DNA from: Pseudobdellovibrionaceae bacterium
Lineage (GTDB): Bacteria > Bdellovibrionota > Bdellovibrionia > Bdellovibrionales > UBA1609
Length of the DNA: 64,000 nucleotides
Direction: 5' to 3'
Assembly: GCA_023898385.1 (NCBI GenBank)
Contig: CP060220.1
Coordinates: 10,370-74,369, forward strand
Each line of letters begins with the position of its first letter. Within the stretch, counting starts at the first letter, position 1. The notes under the pieces were generated by a model. It was not told the origin of the DNA, ran no database searches, and was given only the letters and a program-made list of their open reading frames with translations. Made by a program: the position numbers and the translations under genes. Positions 59,401 to 64,000 of this stretch are shown here, piece after piece.

Positions 59401-62400
59401 ATATACACACCAAGTAGGCGCTTTTGCTCCATTTCTGGTCATCAATTCTAGTTCCACAGTAGGCCCTTCCGCCGGAACTTCGACTCTTGGCGTTTTTGAG
59501 TTTACGCTTCAGTCTGGCGGCTTTACAGCTCCAACAGGCCTGATGGAAGTCGGCTATAAGATGCCGAATACAACTGCAAATACAAATGGATTTACAGTTT
59601 CTGGTGGAACCTACAATCATAACGGCGGCACGCTAGAGTTTTTAGGTGAGATGTGGAATGCGGGGTCAACGGTGCGTCCAGTTACAGTTGTCGATGTCCC
59701 AGGATCACTCACATTAAATGATTTAGTGGTCGACATTAAAGACACATCGGGCGCAAACAGCAATGTTTCAGTTGAAATTGCAGCAGGTGACACTTTAGTT
59801 GTTCAAGGCGACTTGACCATAAATGATGGGCAACTGATAGGACAGACTATTGATCTAAAAGGAAATCTCATCATTAATTGTGCCGACGGCTTTGATGGTA
59901 ATTCTTGTGCAGAGGGTGGCACCACAATCATTTTAATGACTGGTGCATCACCGCAGGAATACACACATGAGCCGGGTGGTTTTGTGCCAACATTACATAT
60001 CAATTCAACTTCGACAGTTTCTCCTGCTTTGGGCATAACATCACTAGGCGTGTGGAAGTTTGTTCTTCAGAGTGGGACTTTCAGCGCTCCTGCGGGGACA
60101 ATGCAAGTCGGTTACAGGATGAGCAATAATGCTTCAAATGCAGACGGTTTTACTGTTTTAGGTGGCACTTTTAATCACAGTTCAGGAACCTTGGAATTTT
60201 TGGGTAACGAGTGGTCGGGAAGTTCGATGGCGAGTGTCACTACAATTGATGTGGCAAGTTCATTGGATGTTTATAATTTAATTGTCAACGTTGCAGATAC
60301 ATCTGGTGATTTTGACGACGTTTCTGTAGATATCACTGCTGGTGACACGATTGTAGTCAACGGTGACTTGACCATTGAAAATGGTTATTTGAAAGATGGA
60401 GTCATCGATTTAAAGGGCAATCTACAAATAAATTGTGATGATGGTCCTTCAGGAAATCTTTGCGCCCAAGGAGGTACGACCGAACTACATTTTACAGGAC
60501 CTGGTGATCAGAATATTAGTATTGCTTCGAATGCCACTGCTCCCGGAGGTGTTTTTACGGTTTCAAAATCTTCTGGTGATGTTGTTCAATTGAGTTCCGT
60601 AAATTTAAGTGCTGCTGGCCAAGATCTTCTGATCTACGATGGCGATTGGAACATGGCAGGATATGACCTCACTGTTAATGATCAACTCAACGTGGGCGAT
60701 GGTGTTGGCGCCGCAAGTAGTGCCCGCATTTTAAAAGATTGCAATACCATCACGGCTGGCACCCAAACAGTGAATCCCACTGACGGTGAAATTGTAGGTT
60801 CCGGAAATAATCCAGATATCACCATCTCTGACGCCTCTGTGCTAGAGGGTGGCAACCTAGTATTTAATGTATCCTTAAGTGAAGGCGTTTGTGCAACCGA
60901 CTTTTCGGTGAATTACTCTATCAATGACGGTACTGCGACCACAGCGAACTCTGATTATGCTGTTCCGGCAACAGATTCTGATGCTGCTCCGAACGACGGT
61001 GTATTAACTCTATCGGGTGGTGCCACATCGGGCACGATCACTGTGGCGTCTACTGCAGATGCGACGATGGAGATTGATGAAAACATGACTGTGGTATTGG
61101 ACACTCCATCGCATGGCGCACTTACTGACAACACTGGCGTGGGAGTTATAGAAAACGATGATGACAACGGATATATTTGGACGGGCGATGCTGGCGATTC
61201 GAACTTTAGCAACGGCGCCAACTGGAGTAATGGAACACTCGCACCTGGGCCGGGCGATATTGTTTTATTTGATGATATTTGCAGTGATGTGCCGGCAAAC
61301 TGCGATGTGGAAACTACGGCTAGTGTGTCTATTACGGGAATAATGTTTAACAATGACTACCCTGGTACGTTTACGCAAAACAGTGGCCACCAGATATCTA
61401 CGATTAATCGTTGGCTGCAAGATGGTGGAACCTTTGTGGGCGGAGATTCTAATGTCACCGTTCAAAGTAGTTTCCAGTTGTTAAACGGAAGCTTTACCAG
61501 CACCTCTGCAACGCTTGCGGTAGACTACGGTACAAATCGGACTCACATATTTGGAAATACGGCCAATTTTACTCATAACAATGGAAAATTACGATTTTAT
61601 ACAAACAACTCCACGTCCGACAATGTGATTACATTAAATAGGAATATTGACTTATATGACTTGGAGTTTATCCGGACAAGCTCTGGTGGTTCCTATACTC
61701 ATTGGAATTTTAATAGCACAGGTGTTTTTAATGTAACAAACGATTTGTACTACACTCGAACATTAGCTGGGGGGCTGTCACTAACGGGAAGTTCCATTGA
61801 GGTTAAGGGCGACATATTTGCCGGTGGAGGGTATCATTCGGGGGCCCCTAAAATAACTACGGTAGTAAAATTAAACGGCACAGCAGACCAATACTATAAT
61901 TATACAAGTGGCGTATTTCCTCGCCTTAATATAGAGAAAGTTTCAGGGAGCGTTTTGCCAGAGGTCGGTACCACAGCCCTTGAGGTCACGAGTCTTCGGT
62001 TACTTCAGGGTACCTTTACCGCACCTACGGGCACATTGAGTATCTTCTCTCGCGATGGAAATCAGATTCAAATCGATGCGGGCACAACATTTAATCACAA
62101 TAACGGAAATCTCCGCTTACGTTTTGAGGGGGCCGGCGGGTCAACCGGTACAGTAAACTTAGCTTCGGATTTAAATCTTTACGACATGCAAGTTTCAAGA
62201 GGCAACTCCGGTACAGGCTCTCAGACTATTCAAATAAGCGGTGGAAATATCCATTTAATCGATGACTTGTTGTTAACCGCCCACACCGGTACCGGCCCTT
62301 TCAAGCTGAATGGCGGAAAAATCTTTGTGGGTGGCGATATGACTGTGGAAACACCGTATTCCGGAGGCTCAACACAAATTGAATTTGATGGGCCGGGCGA

Positions 62401-64000
62401 TCAAACAGCGAGTGTTATTAGTGGATCATTGCCACAGGGAACCTTTACTATAAATAAATTCAGCGGCTCAGTTCTGCTTGGATCTGCTTTGAATTTAGGT
62501 GGCACCGGGCAAGATTTGAGTATTTTAAATGGTGATTTCCTACTCAATGGTTATGATTTGACAGTGAACGACCAGCTCAACGTAGGCGATGGTGTGGGTG
62601 CTGCAAATAGTGCGCGAATTTTAAAAGATTGCAACACTATCACCGCAGGTGCACAAAATGTAAATCCCACTGACGGTGTTATTGAGGGTTCAAGCTCGAA
62701 TCCAAATATAACCATTTCTGATGCCTCCGTGTTAGAAGGCGGCAACCTTGTCTTTAATGTGGCATTAAGCGAAGGGGTCTGCGCCACAGACTTCACAGTA
62801 AACTATTCCGTTGCTGACGGTACCGCTACCACTGCGAATTTGGATTACTCAACGCCGGCCACTGACTCTGATGCCACACCCAATGATGGTATTTTAACGA
62901 TTTCAGGTGGTGGTACTTCTGGCACAATCACCGTGGCGACCACGGCCGATGCTACAATGGAGCTTGACGAAACCATCAATGTTTCGATCAACAGTGCCTC
63001 TCACGGCAGTATCACCGATAGCAGCGCAGTAGGGGTGATCGAAAATGACGATGACAACGGCTATATTTGGACAGGCGACACTGGTAACGGTAGTCTATCT
63101 GATGGTGCAAACTGGAGTAACGGCTCCACGGCCCCTGGTCCAGGTGTGGTTGTGATGTTTAATGACACATGTAGTGATGTGCCAGTTAATTGCGACGCAG
63201 TGACCACGTCAAATTTTAGTGTGGCCGGTATATTGATGGCATCAAATTACGCAGGCACTATCACTCAAGATCTCGGACACTCAATCACCGTGGGCACCTC
63301 CGGTTGGACGATGGAGGGCGGGACGTTTGATGGTGGTAACTCGCAAATTGCAGTTGGTGACTCGAATTTAGAAATTCTCGGTGGAGTGTTTACTTCTACT
63401 CAAGGTCAATTGAGGCTCACTTATAATCAGGCTCCTGGTGGTATTGGTAGTGCGACACCTCTTAAAATCACGGGTGGCGTTTTTAATCATAACTCAGGTA
63501 CATTATATGCGGATGGCAAGAAGAACGGCACAAACTTTGCTTATAACATGGATGTTCCCTTCGATCAGGCATTCTACAATTTCACTCTCGATAATACTTA
63601 TAATAGGATTGGATATTTTAGAATCATTGGCGGCGGGCAAATCCGGGTTTTGAATAATCTAAAGTTTTCTACAACTGCCGGAAACGTGGGTGCGACTTTT
63701 GATACGGGAACAATTGTTCACGAGGGGCCAAAAATTATCTCCGATCGCGCCGATTATGCGTACCAAATTGGTCATGGCGATGGCCTAGTAAAAATAGCGG
63801 GATCGTCAAATCAGAAATTTGAGACGTTAAACAACGGATACTTTCCTCGCCTTCAATATGATAGTCCTGGTAACAGCTTGTCGCCTGAGGTTGGAACGAC
63901 AGAACTCAATGCCATTTCTCTAGATATTCAAAATGGAAATTTCGTGGGACCGAATACGATCAGTTTGGGTAAAACCAACTTTTATGGAGAAGTGCCATTC
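53459..64000 (+). CDS. Giant modular surface lipoprotein/adhesin (>3514 aa, 3'-partial): Calx-beta, ASH-like Ig and beta-helical repeat modules
   Basis: TTG start after an in-frame TAG; signal ending IFAVG|C. Sampled segments and the final codons (SLGKTNFYGEVPF) are in the same frame, and the ORF track lists no terminated ORF in this frame. Motifs: Calx-beta (INDDNLYEGNE, ENDDDNG), ASH-like domains (YDFGNV...CGGALAAGGSC), WTG...NW repeats. Confidence 0.9.
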   Translation, partial: MEKLFYKIIDIVFGRAKIFLQVGAIVQLIFAVGCSIGDTTLTGNFMGALKSTAALSLENNLHFQIPEDAQTQFVMKLSDPVDKDTRVDWVIFPDGGGDASSDFTAISGTSTIPKGEISYSVALPINDDNLYEGNEIFRWVFISYSEHLTVDIEQYNFTIIDNEPVPTLSLSSGSSQFNEADGSVTVGVIVNPPSAFPVDISYTVGGSALGAGDDYDNFVAGNLNIAAGNATANFNIDLVDDATDETDETIVINLTGALVDGSIVATLAAPNAHALTIVDNENAILSITDSNPYDFGNVSVNGSSTYSFTLSNAGAGAATALADSLGLSAPFEFLDGTYPGNGGNCGGALAAGGSCVLVVEFAPTATGSFSDDIELSYFDGMDSQSIVHGVQGNGASGAVLTISDAATYDYGLTENSTTKDHSFTITNTGGSPASSIAYSGLAAPYDYKDSVFPGTGGDCGATLAGGATCTLVISFSPSASGAYPEQLVVDYDSGTGMSQVTRDIAGVGASPFTWTGLGVDSNWATAGNWLGGSAPGVSDVAVFDQYCTNCNATVNASISIAGAEMKTGYTGTITQASGASITIGASGWTQQVGTFVGGDSDFVLSDAPGGNFSLSGGSFTGPNALFKPLNGFSISGGSFTASPTTHLGGLGGGIINIGASELNDVEFLEAIILTGTLKVNGDLLINASGTAVINGGTIEVAGNVNVTNQNGGTSLLKFVGTSNSTLTVANGEKINKLELAMGAAQTLTVAGDFSACGGFTYTSGILNATGSTIDFTCVGGVSMNAGSAHFDSVKFSENTTITGFLNIDGDLTLNGSYALNAGEVLVAGNVTSSSWSQGTSAMTFNGAGLQTITSSAVSELPTSAFKIDKASGTVVLANAISLNGAGQDLNILDGDLDLNGFDLTVNDQLNVGDGSGAASSARILKACSTITAGTQTVNPTDGEIVGSSSNPNITISDATVAEGGNLVFNVALSEGVCATDFTVNYSISNGTTTAADYATPANDSDATPADGILTLSSGATSGTVTIATTTDANMEMDEYLIVVLSVNSHGTFVDDTGRGVIENDDDNGYIWTGDAGDGDFHNGANWSNGVTAPGNTNVVLFDDVCADVPSNCDVLVSNGNVDVQGFWINESYAGTITQGAGRTIKVGNSYFEQRGGTFVGGDSTIDVDRFYMKAGTFISTTGELRVGQVSVAGGGQLSVTGGAFDNNSGTVRMDGQIWDVNPVRVGELTAPSGLTLNNLIIDAHDTETGSGADDAYVVIANGTTIHVDGDLTIRDGFIGGVNMGIYPGNIYLKGNFYQLDVSSSIRSEVVQLGYDIVPPIVYFDSGGSQEYSGTSNTRGPRITVTNGSVVTPAAGTTDVGFSSFALLSGSFQAPSGTMKLGYNTSSDADMLSGWTHTGGIFDHNFGTIKFDSNGYFNNPRNGCTVNSPSGTTFYNLHIAVRDYASDSGYNGAEFDWSAASPLTVLNDLIVTDGVVKAGGSFIVGRDVRLNYTNAQIHAEGFSAGLTFNGASDAAIEVQLGASGFSTSLNVEKDSTSTTTMLSDINLSSAGLDLNLDSGTLDINGHNLTVNDQLNVGDGVGAASSARILKDCNTITAGTQTVNPTDGEIVGSGSNPNITISDATVLEGGNLVFNVTLSEGVCGSATNITFTTDNGTAVAGSDYTDNDSTLVIAAGDTSGTITVVTADDGTGVAGTMEFDETLYINLTGTDQGAITDSQGIGTILNEDDNGYIWMGRTDSDWNTGANWSGSAVPPTDGSVVVAFTGACQAEATCNAVTAGNVDVKGMWLYGSYVGTITQSPGNTVDVGTDRWIQNSGIFSGGSSPIQIAEYVLSGGVFTSTSGSLTVGYDLPLNTSNADGFTVSGGTFNHNSGTLEFKNQALINDATWRPQVVVDVSGSLELNDVVVDINNSVGQFSHASVDIAVGNTLVVNGDLTIHNGYLREGQIDLKGDLILNCASGPGVNLCAEGGTTVITMTGGSPQEYTHQVGAFAPFLVINSSSTVGPSAGTSTLGVFEFTLQSGGFTAPTGLMEVGYKMPNTTANTNGFTVSGGTYNHNGGTLEFLGEMWNAGSTVRPVTVVDVPGSLTLNDLVVDIKDTSGANSNVSVEIAAGDTLVVQGDLTINDGQLIGQTIDLKGNLIINCADGFDGNSCAEGGTTIILMTGASPQEYTHEPGGFVPTLHINSTSTVSPALGITSLGVWKFVLQSGTFSAPAGTMQVGYRMSNNASNADGFTVLGGTFNHSSGTLEFLGNEWSGSSMASVTTIDVASSLDVYNLIVNVADTSGDFDDVSVDITAGDTIVVNGDLTIENGYLKDGVIDLKGNLQINCDDGPSGNLCAQGGTTELHFTGPGDQNISIASNATAPGGVFTVSKSSGDVVQLSSVNLSAAGQDLLIYDGDWNMAGYDLTVNDQLNVGDGVGAASSARILKDCNTITAGTQTVNPTDGEIVGSGNNPDITISDASVLEGGNLVFNVSLSEGVCATDFSVNYSINDGTATTANSDYAVPATDSDAAPNDGVLTLSGGATSGTITVASTADATMEIDENMTVVLDTPSHGALTDNTGVGVIENDDDNGYIWTGDAGDSNFSNGANWSNGTLAPGPGDIVLFDDICSDVPANCDVETTASVSITGIMFNNDYPGTFTQNSGHQISTINRWLQDGGTFVGGDSNVTVQSSFQLLNGSFTSTSATLAVDYGTNRTHIFGNTANFTHNNGKLRFYTNNSTSDNVITLNRNIDLYDLEFIRTSSGGSYTHWNFNSTGVFNVTNDLYYTRTLAGGLSLTGSSIEVKGDIFAGGGYHSGAPKITTVVKLNGTADQYYNYTSGVFPRLNIEKVSGSVLPEVGTTALEVTSLRLLQGTFTAPTGTLSIFSRDGNQIQIDAGTTFNHNNGNLRLRFEGAGGSTGTVNLASDLNLYDMQVSRGNSGTGSQTIQISGGNIHLIDDLLLTAHTGTGPFKLNGGKIFVGGDMTVETPYSGGSTQIEFDGPGDQTASVISGSLPQGTFTINKFSGSVLLGSALNLGGTGQDLSILNGDFLLNGYDLTVNDQLNVGDGVGAANSARILKDCNTITAGAQNVNPTDGVIEGSSSNPNITISDASVLEGGNLVFNVALSEGVCATDFTVNYSVADGTATTANLDYSTPATDSDATPNDGILTISGGGTSGTITVATTADATMELDETINVSINSASHGSITDSSAVGVIENDDDNGYIWTGDTGNGSLSDGANWSNGSTAPGPGVVVMFNDTCSDVPVNCDAVTTSNFSVAGILMASNYAGTITQDLGHSITVGTSGWTMEGGTFDGGNSQIAVGDSNLEILGGVFTSTQGQLRLTYNQAPGGIGSATPLKITGGVFNHNSGTLYADGKKNGTNFAYNMDVPFDQAFYNFTLDNTYNRIGYFRIIGGGQIRVLNNLKFSTTAGNVGATFDTGTIVHEGPKIISDRADYAYQIGHGDGLVKIAGSSNQKFETLNNGYFPRLQYDSPGNSLSPEVGTTELNAISLDIQNGNFVGPNTISLGKTNFYGEVPF
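58181..58290 (+). repeat. 110-bp segment identical to 60692-60801 inside the giant gene
   Basis: Direct comparison shows no mismatch, while flanking homologous sequence differs at many codons. Confidence 0.9.

Noticed and set aside
53459-64000. Repeats in the giant gene as a DGR or CRISPR array; many short ORFs in other frames
   Set aside because: No RT, no adenine-specific mismatch pattern and no repeat-spacer periodicity. The short ORFs are shadows of the long frame.
1-64000. rRNA, tRNA, CRISPR arrays, prophage genes
   Set aside because: No supporting sequence signatures seen anywhere in the window.

Overview
A 64-kb bacterial chromosomal window. Gene order and protein styles suggest a Bdellovibrionota-like predator (inference). 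The housekeeping backbone is Bat (vWA/TPR) operon-slt-mltD, mrp/apbC, glyQS-ppdK-smc-ftsY, an AsmA-like/lipoprotein/TolB-TPR operon, a Na/Pi cotransporter, zapA-fau-rny-tyrS-ferredoxin, iscA, iscS and an acyl-CoA dehydrogenase. The window ends inside a >3500-aa modular surface lipoprotein that the ORF track misses because it has no stop codon in the window. Main accessory or unexplained signals: (1) a c-di-GMP-I riboswitch on the minus strand with its own terminator and no normal downstream gene, accompanied by micro-ORFs, two with strong SD sequences (one ends in PPP, one overlaps P1); (2) an adjacent REP-associated tyrosine transposase flanked by 36-bp inverted repeats; (3) two small integrase-less islands, each bounded by 127-148-bp near-identical duplications of host gene 3' ends; (4) two copies of a 190-220-nt hairpin element with different long perfect arms around a conserved ~72-nt core in which all substitutions preserve base pairing; (5) an intact IS481-type element with a 14-15-bp target duplication; (6) two TA-like pairs with readable promoters and operators; (7) several FliA/sigma28-like promoters in front of surface or exported proteins. 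No rRNA, tRNA or CRISPR array was found.
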